In this document: in pieces, positions 25,712 to 39,603 of the stretch
Layout: each line of letters opens with the position of its first letter
Position numbering within the stretch: the stretch's first letter is position 1
Made by a program: the position numbers and the translations under genes
Notes under the pieces: generated by a model
Databases searched by the model: none
The model's input: the letters and a program-made list of their open reading frames with translations, nothing else
What the model was told of the DNA's origin: nothing
Source: Paramecium tetraurelia
Lineage: Eukaryota
Length of the DNA stretch: 64,000 nucleotides
NCBI GenBank assembly: GCA_000165425.1
Contig: CT868452.1
Coordinates: 248,001-312,000, forward strand
Direction of reading: 5' to 3'

Positions 25712-28700
25712 TCACAAAGAAGCAATGCTTTATTCCCATTTAAATTGGAACTTTAACTCTCTTTCACTAAGTAATTTTATTTAGTCTTTTGCATAATCAA
25801 CTTATCTCTTGTACTCAATCACGAATTCATTTATTGATTTAAAGAACTCATGTTTGGCTGATATCTATCTAAAAGTCTTAAATGATTTTAATGGCCTAAA
25901 ATTATTACATAAAATACGTTGTAGTAGTCTATACGGGTTTTTCAATTTCCTATTGCTTTCCTCCTGCAGCTGGTTTCTTAGCTTCTGGGGCTTTATTTTT
26001 TGCATCCTTTGGATCTACCTTTATTACTTAATTGATTTGCCAATTATATTGAACAATTCTATCTCCTATAGTAAACAATTCCAATTAAACACCTTCCCAG
26101 GTTTTACTTAGAGATCTTTCTGAATTTGTATCTATGATTTAACCACTCTACTTCTATCTCAAAGAGACTTTCAAATTCTAATGCTTCTTTTGTATTTGCT
26201 CATCACCAGGTAATTTTATAAAATCCTCAAATAACAATAGCGAATCATAAAAAAGCAACAAAAATTCAAAATTTTGGCTTGCAGCTTTTAAATATTTATC
26301 TCCTTGATTAAAATTCTCATCAAAAAGGGTTACTTAATATTTTGATAGTAATTCCAAAAAATCAGAAATTCTTTTAGTTTCTCTGGATTTAAGATCATCT
26401 AATTCTTCTTTTATTTACGGATTTCCTAAATTAGGTCTTAGTTATTTCTAATGGGTCTTTTTAAGATTCTCTTGTTTACTCTATTCCTATTGTAATTCAT
26501 TCCATAAATTAGAGTTAAGCATTTACAAAGTGAAAATCCATCTTTAATGATTTGAGAATAGAATCATTTCACTTATCTTTGGAGACATTTCTGATAATTC
26601 TTCGCAAGCATTTCTGAGTTCTCTAATAGATTATATTCTGAATTCGTTCATATTCCTTTACATATTCTCAATATAAGCTCTAAGATAATCTGGAATTTTA
26701 TCAGCTCCTGTTAAGAATCTCTATTTATCAGCATAAATTTTAATTGCTTCCTCTTTAATTATCTTTTCAATTTCTACTAAACTTTCCTAAAGTTTCTTTT
26801 CAGTATAAAATAAAGGTCCCATACTTTCTAAATCATTTTCAATTATTTTTTTATCTTCTTATTATTCTTCATTCTCTAAAATAGTATCGAATTTATTTTC
26901 CTTCCATGTGATCCTTGGCATATCTACTACTTTATTATCTGGTTTAAGTGCTTCAATATGAGTTGCATATCTTTTGATACAAACCAAAATTCCACTTAAT
27001 ATTTTTCTAATTTTAATTGAAAAAGAAGGATCAAGATTAGCAAAATAATCACCTTATTTTTTTTTGAATAATTCATAAAGATCCTTCAATTCTTATATTT
27101 TGAAATTGATGCATTCTTATGCTTTTTCACATTTGGTCATTTCTGTTCTTAATTTTTCTTACGCTATTCTTTTAGGTCTTCCATACTTCTTTCCAGTACC
27201 ATCCTTAGCTGCTAAATCTTCAACGGCTACAATGTATTCTTATTCAAACTTATCCAATTATTCTTATCTTTTGGCTGTCAATACCTTCTTCATTTCTTCT
27301 AATCGTTGTGTTCTCTTTTCCTTATGCTTTACAATTGTAGCATTATGTTCATCCATCATTTATTGATACCATTCTAATTCTTCTTTAAAATATTCATTTG
27401 GTTTGCAATCTCTCATAAAATCTTTATTTTTTTGCAAAAAAACATCCAATTCTTCATTTGCCAAATAACTTAATTTTTATTCCAAATCATTTATTTCTAT
27501 TATTAATAAATTGCTTACTTTCTCCAAATTTGAAATAGTTCTCTTTAACAGTATTTTGAATTCCTTATAATTTGGCTAAAGTAGTTGCAGATTGTAGATT
27601 GTTTTTGAGTGTTTGTTGCTCTTAAATATAATCCTTCATATCCAATAATCCACCTTCTAATAAGAAATTAATCTATTCTGTTTGATCATCAATCCTTTCT
27701 ACTAATTACTTTGCATATCGTTCATATCTAATTAATTAATATTTAATTTCACCTTTTTTTATGCATAGTAATTTATTGACTTCTTAATACATATATGGTG
27801 TTTTTGATTTCTTGTTTTTAAGGATCTATTTAAGCCTATTTTTCATTCCTCTAATTTTCAGATTATTTAATAAATTCTTGATCACTTTCATTAGCTTATT
27901 AATTTTGGAAGTTAAGACAACTTGTTATATAATCAAACAATTTCTATTGCGTTTGATTCAATAATTATGACAAATAATCAATTGTTATTACTGCATCCCT
28001 CTCTAAAACAGCCTAATTTAACACATTAATAGGAGGTTATTCAGCAAAATCTACCGCTTTCTTAGGAACATCATCCTCTGGAACATAACTAGGTAATTCA
28101 ATAGGAGGAGCAACTGCAGGTTTTGCTTTAGGGTCCTTTGGTGCATTCTGTTATTACAAATGTTATTCAATTTCATCAGCCTCTTACTTCTCTTTAGCTA
28201 CAGCTTGTTCCATTTCATCAGGTGGAATGTACATACGTTCTGCAATTTCTATAGTAGATCTAAACTATACAAAATATTAATCAAGAGGACTGTGATATTT
28301 ACCTACTTCTTAAGGAGGTTATTCCTTTAATAGTTACTTCATTCTGTCCTCTAATTCTTATTAAAATCTATGATATTTTCTTATTGATACTTTTTTGGAT
28401 CTTTTGGTTTTGTAGCTGGAGGTTTACCACCTTTTTTATTCTTTGCTTCTTCGATTTATTTCTCTTCTTCAATTTTCTTGTTGTATTCTTCCTTAGCAAT
28501 TAAGTATTTAATTTTGGTTTCAGCTATCCTTCTGTATTTCTCTTGTAAAAATTATTCCTTTTGCGGATCAACTAGTTCAAAAATGCTTAACGCTGATTTT
28601 TCAAACATCTAATGCTTATTTCTTATTATGTTCGGATGTTAATTAGCTATAGCCAAATTATCTTAATGAAATCTTTCGTATTCTTCTCCGAATAAATCCA

Positions 28701-30299
28701 AATCCTTATAGCATTAGGCTAAGCATTCTTCCAAACGAGGGTGATGCAATGCTTCGGTTAACTTTTGTTTATTTTCTTTCAACTTTTTGGTTAGTTCCTC
28801 TAATACTTCATCATTTTTATCTGCTGCTTATGCTTTCTGAATTTCGTAATTATGTATTAACAATTGCATTTCAGTTTTGTATTCATCATTCTTCTATGCT
28901 ATTTTCATATAAAATTAGCCAAAATTAGTTATTATATCGGTCTATTATTAATCAATTCTCTCATAGTAATTAATTGCTTGTTTCATTAAATCTCTAGCCG
29001 ATTGGTTTAAACCATTAACTTAGGGTAAGAATTATTCATCTAATAGTTGATTTAATTCCTCTTCAGATTTAGCCCTAGCATACAATAATTATGATTTGAT
29101 TAATTCATATCTTTACATACAATGGGCATGTGTTTTTTTAGTCTCTTCTAGTAAATTATTACAACAAACATCAATTGTTTATGATGCTAATTCATTATAT
29201 GCTTTAGTTTCATCTATCCACTTTTCAACAATGGTTTTTGTTAATGCAGCCATATCAATAGAATTTAGTTTCTCTAGTAGTTATTTTCTTTCTCTGAATA
29301 TATCCTTTTAAGTTTTCCTAAAATTATCATACAATTTTGTTCTTTCATCAGGATAGACAAATTCTAATTTCTAAATATCAACATTAAATTCTTCGATGTA
29401 ATGCTAATGTTTTAAATCTCTCCAGCGTTATTCTTTCTAAATTTGTGTCTCATCATACAATTTGAATGTCTTTTGATGTTGTCTATTGACGTCTTGAACA
29501 TAGACTTAATTCTCTGCTCTCTTCTCTGCCACAACCTTTCGAAACTCTTCTCTGAAAGTCTGAGTGTATAATAAGAGCTCATACATCCACATGCGCAGTT
29601 ATTTCAGGTTCTAATTGAAATGCCACATCAATTAGACCTTCTTAGAATCTATTACAGAATAGTTCTAAGGATCTAAATCTCTCTTTTTCTAAATCTTCTA
29701 GTCTTTTATCAAGTGCATTGACTTTGGTTTCCCTTTTTTCTCTATGTGCATTAACAGTCGAATGAATACTCTCCACAAATTCAATTTCCCTTTTAAGTAA
29801 GGCTTCATCAGTAAGTGTTTAATAATAATTAGTTATCTATTGATCTGATTCAGAAAAGAAATCTGTAATATCTCTTTTAATATCTTTATAAGCCTCTTCT
29901 AAATTTTTATTAAGACGATTGACCCATTTCTCAAATTCATCGCAAAACTTCAGATGCTTTTCTCTTCTATTATCCTTTTACCTTTCAATAAGCAACTTGG
30001 TATTAAATTTGATAACTTACTTTTGTTTCTTCTCTAAATATAGGTGCAGGATGTTTAGGCAATGAAGCAACTTCAGATTGCAAAGTATATTCAAATTTTT
30101 AGACTTCTTTTTCGAGTCTAGCTTATCTGACAGCTTCTTTTCCGGTGGACGTAAGTGTGACTTTAGGCATTGACGAATTTTCAGGTCGCTTATACTCATT
30201 AAGGAGAGCAGCATGTAACTGAGAAGATGCTTTGAATTAAGAACAAACTGGTTGCTCTTCAAGATTTCTCTAAGCAGACCTTGTAAAAGTTGATTTCAT
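25712..30299 (-). CDS. Large coiled-coil protein, CCDC180-like (DUF4455/DUF4456-type)
   Basis: RWRDLKHQHYIEEF..FVYPDER and HQKQLRPNLGNP motifs, KKGGKPP/KDPKAKP linkers; TGA 25712-25714; assignment from recalled motifs. Confidence 0.7.
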
Positions 30300-30310
30300 T
30301 ATTAATATAA

Positions 30311-30586
30311 ATGAATTGTTTTACAATTTAAGTTGTAAATAGTATCTTATCTATACTAGTCCTAATATCATGATATTGTAGAAATCTAGTTTATACAATC
30401 CCAAGTTGTTGTTGTCACTTTCTATTTAGGAGATAAAATTCAGAGATCCATTGATGTACCCAAGTGCAAAATCATCGCTGTTGTAACCTATATCTATAGC
30501 CTTTTAGCTGCGAATGTTATTGAAGCTTGAACTACTGTTGCGAGATATTGTAGAATTTAAAAGACAATCTAATAATAAATTTTGAC
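30311..30586 (+). CDS. Possible small hypothetical protein
   Basis: ATG 30311 plus two canonical 25-nt GTA..TAG introns give MNCFTIQVSQYHDIVEIQFIQSQVVVVTFYLGDKIQRSIDVPK...; 3' end uncertain. Confidence 0.35.
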
Positions 30587-30771
30587 CTAAAATTGAATAG
30601 ATATAATCAGTATTTTCATTCAGAAATGGCGTGGCCTAAATAAGAGCTATGATCTAGATATTTATTAAAATAATGATGCCATATTTGAGCAAAATATAAA
30701 TACTATTACATTCGTATTAATATCCTAATAAACAAAAAGAAAATAATTAAAAAAGATATTAATTAATATTT

Positions 30772-31744
30772 ATGGCTACCCCTCAATCCTTGTCACCAGC
30801 CCCATTGTAATCTTTGGGTGATTTCACAGCAAAAAAGCTTGTTGAAGATGATTTCTCAACAGGAAAAGCAACTTTGAAAGTGAAGGCTTCAGCAAATGGT
30901 GGAGGCATTGCAAATTATAAAGGCACATTGGATATTGCTAAATCTTTGGCTCCAGGATAAGAAACAAAGTTCTAATTCCCATATAACAATTATTATTTCT
31001 GGTTTGCCACAAGAAAAGAATAAACTAAGGTTCATGTTGATTTTGGAAAATTTAATATCATCAAACAATAAAGTTTATTTGCTAATGTGTAATTCTATAA
31101 TAGTTCATCAAAATCAACAATAAGATTTGGATCAGTTTATGAAGGATAAAAATGCTTAAGTCATGCAAGTAATATTATTTATATGATTAATTAGGATTTG
31201 AATGGTTAAACTAAGACAAAGTCAACTTCTTATTGAGATCATAAGTCAAACACAACAATTGGGTTTACGTTGTCGCTTCACAATTATGTCTCAGCAAAAA
31301 GGAATTTGATAAGCTAGACTTTTTGGTTGGATATTAAACTTAAAATTATGATGTTTACTTTAGACATATAACCAATCAAATCCCATCTTTCCCATTATTT
31401 AGCAATTTTGGAATTGGAAAATTTCTGGTTGATGCTGTTTTCAGAAAGAACTCCAATCAATATGGATTTGAAATTGAATACTTACCTGTCAGCAGAGTCT
31501 AAGTTTTATTGGCTGCTTCAACCAAATTCTAAGGTGCTGATGTTAAGGCAAGATTAAACGTTCTTAATAAAACTGTTGGTCTTTCTGCTAAAGGAAAATT
31601 CAATAATACGTATAATTATATTCTATTCAAATTTATAGATTCTCATGGACATTAGCCACCTAAGTACCAGTCGATGGAAAATGCCCATCTAAATGTGGAA
31701 TTCTTCCAGTTCCTCTTGGAATAACTTTGGAAACAACAATATGA
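30772..31744 (+). CDS. Eukaryotic porin (VDAC/Tom40-family)-like beta-barrel protein
   Basis: About 305 aa; N-terminal helix-like SLGDFTAKKLVEDDF then alternating amphipathic beta strands; ADVKARLN, terminal LGITLET; two introns. Confidence 0.55.
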
Positions 31745-31782
31745 GATTATTCATAAATAAATATTATCCATATACAATAATA

Positions 31783-32114
31783 ATGTTGTATAATAATCAA
31801 ATAGACAATCTAGCACAAATAAATTACATCACGACTTAAATATAATAAAAGAAATTTTATTTCGAAGCATTAAAATTTTACTACTTAAACATTATCTTAT
31901 ATCATCAGGTTGATTAGATCAAGATAGATATTGAAAATATGAAGACTAAATATGAAGAGCTTAATAAAAAGAAAAGAAGAAAAAATTCTGAGATAAAAAA
32001 ACTTCATGTTTGTTAGCACTGCCTGAAAACTTATGGGTACTAATTTTATACCTAATTTATAGTACATATGGAGCCAAATATAAACATATTAAAATTAAGC
32101 ATTAAGAATAATGA
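31783..32114 (+). CDS. Small single C2H2 zinc-finger protein
   Basis: KKKRRKNSEIKKLHVCQHCLKTYG|TYGAKYKHIKIKH; 26-nt intron; 101 aa. Confidence 0.8.
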
Positions 32115-32169
32115 AACTAATCAATATTATAATTCTTATTTATACAAAAACCAATCTCAATTTTACTAT

Positions 32170-34210
32170 TCTTATTCTAATTATTATTATTAATGATAAA
32201 AATATACCACTATATTTATTCATTCTAATTTTATAAAAGTTCGTTGTATTCAGCATAAGCTTATGATTATTCATTAATAAGACTCTCTGCTAATTATTGT
32301 TGCTCTTCAAGAGTCATTCCATACTCTTATTTAAATTCTTTTTAATCCTCTTCATAATCCATTTAATTCAATTTTCTTTTTGGTTACTAGACATCCTCAA
32401 ATTATTAGTTCAACCTCAACTTCAACGTTTATTTAACCTATCTAATTGCTTAGAGAGGTTGTAACGTTATAATTATTTTTTATTAGGGTTCGATAATAAG
32501 GCTCTACTTAGTGTTAAACATTCAAAATCATATCATGAATACTGCTGTAACTAAAACTTCTTTAAACCTTCTCCTTTAAATATTTTTATTATCAATCATT
32601 GAGATTCAAAACTGATTGTCCAATTAAATAATGGATTAAGGATTACAATTTAGGGTTTTTAGATTTTATCATTGATTCTCTATTTATGATGATTTTTCTT
32701 ATTTTAATAGTTTTATATCCTCGATTTGACATATTGAAATTTAAATTAGATAATTAAGTTTTAAAATAAATTTTTTAAAGTATTTATGTCTTTCTTTTCC
32801 TCAACCTAAAGATAAGATCTTATAATTTAACCCCAAACTAATATTTGATATTATTTTGAATATATTAACTAGTGATTTCAAGCCATTTATCTAAGTCTCA
32901 ACATTTCTCGGTTGCCACATGATGATAATGAATATACATTAATAAACTTGGGATTATAGGTGTCTTAATTTGCAAACTATCAAATTTATTCTAAATCATA
33001 TTTCATCAGCTATTTCTTGTAAATTTTAACAAGATAGATCCTGTTGATTCAATGTCATCTAACTTTTTCATATAAGAACTCTGATGTAACATATTATATA
33101 TAAATCTTGCCATCTTGAGGCTTTTCATCCTTAGTTAAAAATTGCTATGCATATAAACAATAATTTTGAATGATTTACTGTAGTATTGAATCCATCCCTT
33201 ATGACCCTCTGTCAAAATAGAATTATGTTAGCATCGGCAAGTAAGTTAGAATCAATTTATGCTATCAAAGAAAAACGGTAACTTCTTCTATTAAATGTGA
33301 TCCTCAAATTTTTAAAGATATTCATCCTCATATTCTATAATAAATTCATGGCATTTTATTTTTCATGTAGTTTCTACTAAATTCAAGGATTTAATCCAGT
33401 ATTTTTCTTTATTAATATTTGAAATTATTTCCAATAATCCTTTGTTGATACTTATTACCCAATCCCACAAAAACTTTTACTAGAAGCAATGCAATTAAAT
33501 TATCGGCATAAGGTAAAATCTTAAATTGTATAATTTTTAACATTAAAAGCAATCTACTTCTAGACCTTTCTAATACAAAATTCATTTATAATATTATTCA
33601 ACCAAAGAATAGCATATTAGATTTTCTAATATCTAAAATTTCTTTTTGAACATAGTTCTAATCATAAAATGTCATTTTGATTTTATTAAGAATATCTCGA
33701 TAGAACTCCGACTGTTCCACAAACTAATTGGCTCTTTATTTATTATACAGCAATCTCAAAAACAAAGCATAATTAACTATTTATTAGAAATTTTCTCTTT
33801 TGTACAACATAATGCTCTTTAGAAATTGGCTAGCCCAATTAAGATATCTCTATATTTTCTAAGGAAACTGTGATACTAAATTCCTAGATATAATTTCTAT
33901 TATTTCAAAATATGCCATTTAATTTGCTACCTTTTGTGAAAATTGAGGGATAATAGAGTTAGATGATATAGATTATATCACATATATTAACTTAAGATCG
34001 ATAATTTATGGAATTTAAAATTTGGCTACTTTATTAACTTATTCAACTGATCCATGTTTTAATAATTCTGGAAAATGAATATCTAACATCTTCTTCTCTT
34101 AATTTTCATGCAAAATTTCACAATACCCAACCTTAGCCCATGTCAGTTTTTTTGCTAAGGATATAAAGATATTTTTGACCATACACAATAGCTTTTTCCT
34201 TATTTTTCAT
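32170..34210 (-). CDS. Hypothetical multi-exon protein; termini uncertain
   Basis: Long open code-6 frame from about 33600 to 34150 plus further exons; start frame could not be resolved. Confidence 0.4.
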
Positions 34211-34265
34211 ATATACAATCCTTCAAGAGCAAAATATTTATATTAAAATTATACAATACAAAATC

Positions 34266-37200
34266 TCAATGTTTCTTTCCTGTAAGTTTCTCTCTGCATT
34301 TTCTATCGTTTCTTTATTTAACTTCATAGATCTCCTTAGTTCTTTGAGAATTATTAAAGTCCCTCAATTTCCAGTAAAGAATATCCAATCTGAAATTTGA
34401 GTCTGATGGCAAAGGACATGGGTGATTAACCATCACATGCGGATTCATCTCAAGTGTATCAAATAATTTAATTCCATCAAATTCGACCATTTAATTCCAA
34501 ACACCATTTATGGAAAAAAACTAAATTTTTAAATAATTTATTACTCTTTATTCAACATCCTTGTCAAAATCAATTCCAGAATATTTTGCATATCCTTCTT
34601 TTTTATATTTATTTAATACTCCAGGTTTTACTTTGTATAAATAGCCAATAAATTAGTCTTGCAATAAATCTTTCTTATTGAATACATTCTTGCTGCCAGG
34701 ATTAAATGCCATATCTGCAATTAAATTGTTTTCCTTATTTTCATAATTAATAAATACCAAGTCAATTGTATATGATCTTCCATTAATATTAAATATTCTT
34801 GTTCCAAATGCAGTTCCAGTTAATACTCCTGGACATTGAATAAAGATTTGCTTTGATCTCGTATTGTGGTATGTCACTCTTATAAATCCAATGTCTTTTC
34901 CGGTAACACTATTTGCATGCATACTGGCTGCAGATTCAATATGCCCATCAATATCGTAGCCCCTACCTTTCAATTAAAATGCACTTATTGGGGGATGATG
35001 ACTCACCTACTCAGCATAAACCGGGCATCCATTGATGAAGCCTTAATAAGTTTCTCCCAAAATAGGATTGAATGGTTTCTCCAGGGACATATACATTATA
35101 ATTGAACCTATATTTATAATTAATTTATACTGCATCCAAATGCGATTGTATACTTCATTTATTCAATTATATTATCAATTTTAGCTGCCTTTTCTAAGAT
35201 TTAAGGAGCAAAAGTAAATGAATAACAAAACCTCTCTAAATTAGATCTGCTTTCAAATACTTCTACAGGCAATGAGATATTTAAGATTGACTTACCAGAT
35301 AATAGATTTGATCCTATTGATTTTAACATAAATTTAATAACCCTTTTTTAAGCCTCTATCTTCTTCTAATTATAAAAAATCATTCCCCCATGTTTCATAT
35401 CTCTTTTCCAATCTTATCTTAAAAAGTAATGTCCTTCGTTAATCTAATTAATATATTCATCTTTGACCTTCTAAGGTTCATTAACATACTTATGAGTGAT
35501 ACAATTAGCAGTGTAATCATAAATACCTTGCTCAATATTTTTTATCATTTGTTTCACTTAACCAGTCTCCTTATCTGATAATTCTGGTAGTGTCTATTAA
35601 ATGAAATCACTCGGAGTGTAATTACTTAAATCGGCATCTTCTATATCTTTATTATATTATTATATCTCATTATTATTTTCAATGATCACTGGTACAGTTT
35701 CTGGCACTGTAGCAATTATAGGGAGCTAATCTAAAGTTATAGCATGAGTATCATTTAATGTATCAAACTTGAACTATTCTTCATAAACAACAGTTACAGG
35801 AGAAGGTTAGTAGACTTCTTATTTAAAGAATTATTATTGCTATGGAATGCTCAAATATTCTTATTGTTAAACATTTAGTGATTATTATATTTTTTATGGA
35901 GAGTAAATTAATTCTTAGTTGGGAAAACTAGATGCTCCTTAATCGATTATTATATTTTCCTTTTATTTATTTACTTTTGTATTGCTTAAAACTTGTAAAA
36001 AAGGAGATTGTATTATTTCTTTAACAGCAGAGTATGTCTTTAAAAATTGCTAAAAATGTGAAAGTTCACTTAAATACCATTAAGTGATCGCACTGTCTTA
36101 ATTTACAGATGATAGACCACCATTTGTCATTTCCGATTCAATTCTTACTATGATATTATTCTCATTTTTGACAATCTCTATTATTTAGTAATTAATTTCC
36201 CCTCTTATCACTTTCACATATGGTGGAGCGTCTTCATTCTCTATTGATTTATCCACAATCAGAATGTCATCTCCTCTATATGTAACATATCTAAGGTAAA
36301 CAAAATCCCTCGGCAAATAAAGTAAACCATATTGTTTATGTCTTTCATAAATTATTCCGCAATTCTCACTCTACATCATATTTAATAATTTAGTTTCCTT
36401 AGGATTGATAACAGCATTCCATTTTTTTACAAAGTCAATCTCAGCTAAACATTAAAATACCTTTTCGATATCTCCATTATAAATGGTTAATGATGATCTG
36501 AAACAGAGGGAATTATTTTAGTCCTTTAAAATTTATACTCCATCTTTAGAATAAACTTGAGTAAATTATTTCGTTGATTAAACAAAATAATCTTAATGAA
36601 ATTTGCCCTCTTCAAATAGCAACTGAAAAACTTATGGATACTTCAATTCATTTTTGAATAAAACAGGATAGTTCTTTTATTTTGATTCGGGCTCGTTTTC
36701 CAACAATTATTAATTTAATAATTCTTATTATCGTCTTTACTACTCAATTTAATATTCTTAAAATAATCTTTCTTATATTAATTTATGTTATTCCTCTCGA
36801 TATTTTTACGATTCCTATTATTACAATAATTATTATTCATACTGTTATTGTTATTGTTATTGTTATTACTACTATTACTATTACTACTATTACTATTACT
36901 ATTACTACTATTACTACTATTACTACTATTACTACTATTACTACTATTACTACTATTACTACTATTACTACTATTACTACTATTACTACTATTACTACTA
37001 TTACTACTATTACTACTATTACTACTATTACTACTATTACTACTATTACTACTATTACTATTCCTATTATTACAATGATAATTAATATTATTATTGTTGC
37101 TATAAAGGTTACTATTATTACAAATATTGTAATTATTGTTATGGATATTGTTGTGATGACTATTATTATTATTACTCTTAAATAAATTATTGGGATAATT

Positions 37201-38165
37201 ATAGATATTGTTATTATTGATTCTGTTTCTAATTGTTAAGAACAGGTTATGAATATTATTATTAAGTATTTATGCTTTATTGTTATTATTTCGCTGGAGA
37301 ATCATTCTATAAAAATTGTTAACTAACATTCGATTGTTGCTATACATTTTATTACTTCTATTTTTCTAATTATAATTGATTTTGCTTTATATCTGATTCG
37401 AGTTATTTAGTAATTTTAACATTGGTATTTTACTTTTGCGGAATAATTTCTGATTAAGTCACTAATTTCATATCCTGCCTAGTTGTAATGAAAGATTATT
37501 AGTTTGTATTAATTCTAGAGTGATTAAAATCATTCGATTCAAGTAAGATTGATCCCCTCATTACATGATCTGAAAACTATGATATAGTTTTAAGTGCTTG
37601 TATCACTTTGTCATAGAGTGCTTTATCATCTGATCCACAGACCAATGTTTTGTAATAACCATGACCTTCAGAATTGGCTAGAATAACGAATCGATAACGC
37701 TTATCTTTGAATTCTTAGGGCTAAACAGTGTAAAATTAGAGGTAGATTATTCGTGGTTTCTTCTTACTGCTCTTTTTTCTCAATATTTCAAAGGTTCTTT
37801 ATTTAGAGTCTATCTTAAACTATTTTTATTTCCAATTTTTCAACACTTTTGTTCTAATATCAATAATCCCTTTGATTTCTCCAATAGCAGATGGAATCAT
37901 GTTTTCCTTCGAATAATAAAGTATAAATTACATACGCTAATCCTTTAATGATTTACATAAACATATCCTTTTAAGCATGTTTATTCAACTTCATCAATGC
38001 TTAACACTCTTCTAATTCTAATGAATGGAAAACTGAAGTATCAATATCTTAGTTATTGAAGCACTCCAAAAGCAGCTCTAACTTATGGGAAATCTTTATT
38101 GGTAACTTTTTTTACTCCTAGAGGAACTAAAATGAGTTTTGAGCTTCAATAAAATCAAAATCCAT
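34266..38165 (-). CDS. Oxysterol-binding-protein family member with PH, polyQ, START and ORD domains
   Basis: PH-like IKGIIDIRTKVLKNWKQKQFKI; START LYLPRDFVYLRY..KSIENEDAPPYVKVIRGEIN; ORD ISLPVEVFE..KPFNPILGETY..EQVSHHPPISAF. Confidence 0.88.
36842..37060 (-). repeat. Coding microsatellite (TAG TAG TAA)n encoding about 73 Gln
   Basis: 9-bp unit attactact repeated; minus-strand frame matches the downstream START-domain frame. Confidence 0.9.
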
Positions 38166-38186
38166 AATATAATATAATATAATATA

Positions 38187-39421
38187 ATGATCAAAAATAG
38201 AGGTTCATCATCTAATAAAACATCTAATCCCTATGCACTTTAGATGCAAGAAGAAGCAAAAAAAATGGTATTGATGAGTCTTATTCTCAGGCAGAAAAGT
38301 TAGCAAAACTAAAATAAAACTTGAATTCATAAAAGATGGAAAGATCACAAATAAGTAAATAATCTGGAGATATGTCTGAAAGCTCAAGGTGGTAAAATAA
38401 TACAACCCCAAATAATCGAAGTAAAATGCATAATTAATAAAGTTCTTAAGGATAGGCCTCCTTCAAATAAGTCAGAACCTATTGAATCTTTTTTGAAATC
38501 GATCAAATTGGATACTTATGTCTAAAAGTTTAAAGAGAATGGATTTGAAGAGTTGGATATTCTTTTTGACATTTAAAAGGAATAGCTACAACAAATGGAA
38601 ATACCATTGGGGCACTAAATTAGATTAATGAAAAAAATCAGAGAACTCAAATAATCAGTAGAAATGAATGAAGTAATTATTCAAAATGAATCTAAATATG
38701 ATGAGTTGGAAGGTATACTTTTGAATAAAATAGAACCATTAATCGACTTAAGCTTCACTAACCCTAAAAAAAGATCAAGCCTTCAAAAAGAAAGATAAAA
38801 GAGTCTCAAAAAAGTCACCTTTAAAGAAAATGATGATTAGAAAGGATATTTAGGAGTTGAATAATCATTTCACTAATCCTTCATCTTAAATGAATTAGAA
38901 GAAATATCTAATTATATGCAACAAAATCATATCGGAGAAATTTAAAATATTGATATTGATATATAAACTAACAGTGAGTTAGAACAAATTGATAATAATT
39001 TTAGCTCTGTATCAGTTTCTAAATAAAAACCTTACGATGAATAAAATGTTGCAAAACTTAGGATCAAAAAAGCAGCTTGCTGGAATTGCTTTAAATTATT
39101 AATTAAAGACTATATAGTATTAGAAAGCAATGAGTTTTGTAGCTATTAATGTTATTAAAAATATAACCATTTGTATCTTGTAAGTATTTTAATTTATAAA
39201 AGGTTTAATGTGTAAGTTGCAGTAAATAATTTGATATTAGAAATGGAGTGCTACTTAATGGATGCAGCTTTTGCGACGAATAATGCGCTTAAAAATATGA
39301 TTTCTAAATTATGAAGGATAATAATGAAGAAATTGAGAAACAGTTCTTAGGTTCCAAATGCATAAATATACATGATTAATCTTAAAGTTAATAAAGTGAG
39401 GTTGATTTAAATTTTGATTGA
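38187..39421 (+). CDS. SAM-domain protein with C-terminal FCS/MYM-like zinc fingers
   Basis: IESFLKSIKLDTYVQKFKENGFEELDIL..MEIPLGHQIRLMKKI; CWNC..FCSYQC and CVSC..FCDEQC. Confidence 0.8.
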
Positions 39422-39603
39422 ATGGTACTAAGTTATTTAAGATATAAATCTCATTATATTCTACCTAATCATCTAATCACAAACTATTGTTTTAACAATA
39501 ATTAGTTGTCAGCCGATTTTTCCTAAAATTGCTTATTCTTTATTTAATGATTTGTGTAATAACATTTTTTGTTAAGGTATTTATTTTATTAGAAAATAAC
39601 GGT

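Noticed and set aside
29550..29590. In-frame TGA as possible selenocysteine or readthrough (also near 43458 in epiplasmin)
   Set aside because: Each lies inside a canonical 24-25 nt GTA..AG intron.
36682..37185. Plus-strand poly-Thr/Ile and poly-Leu ORFs in the ORF track
   Set aside because: Antisense shadows of the minus-strand polyQ microsatellite.
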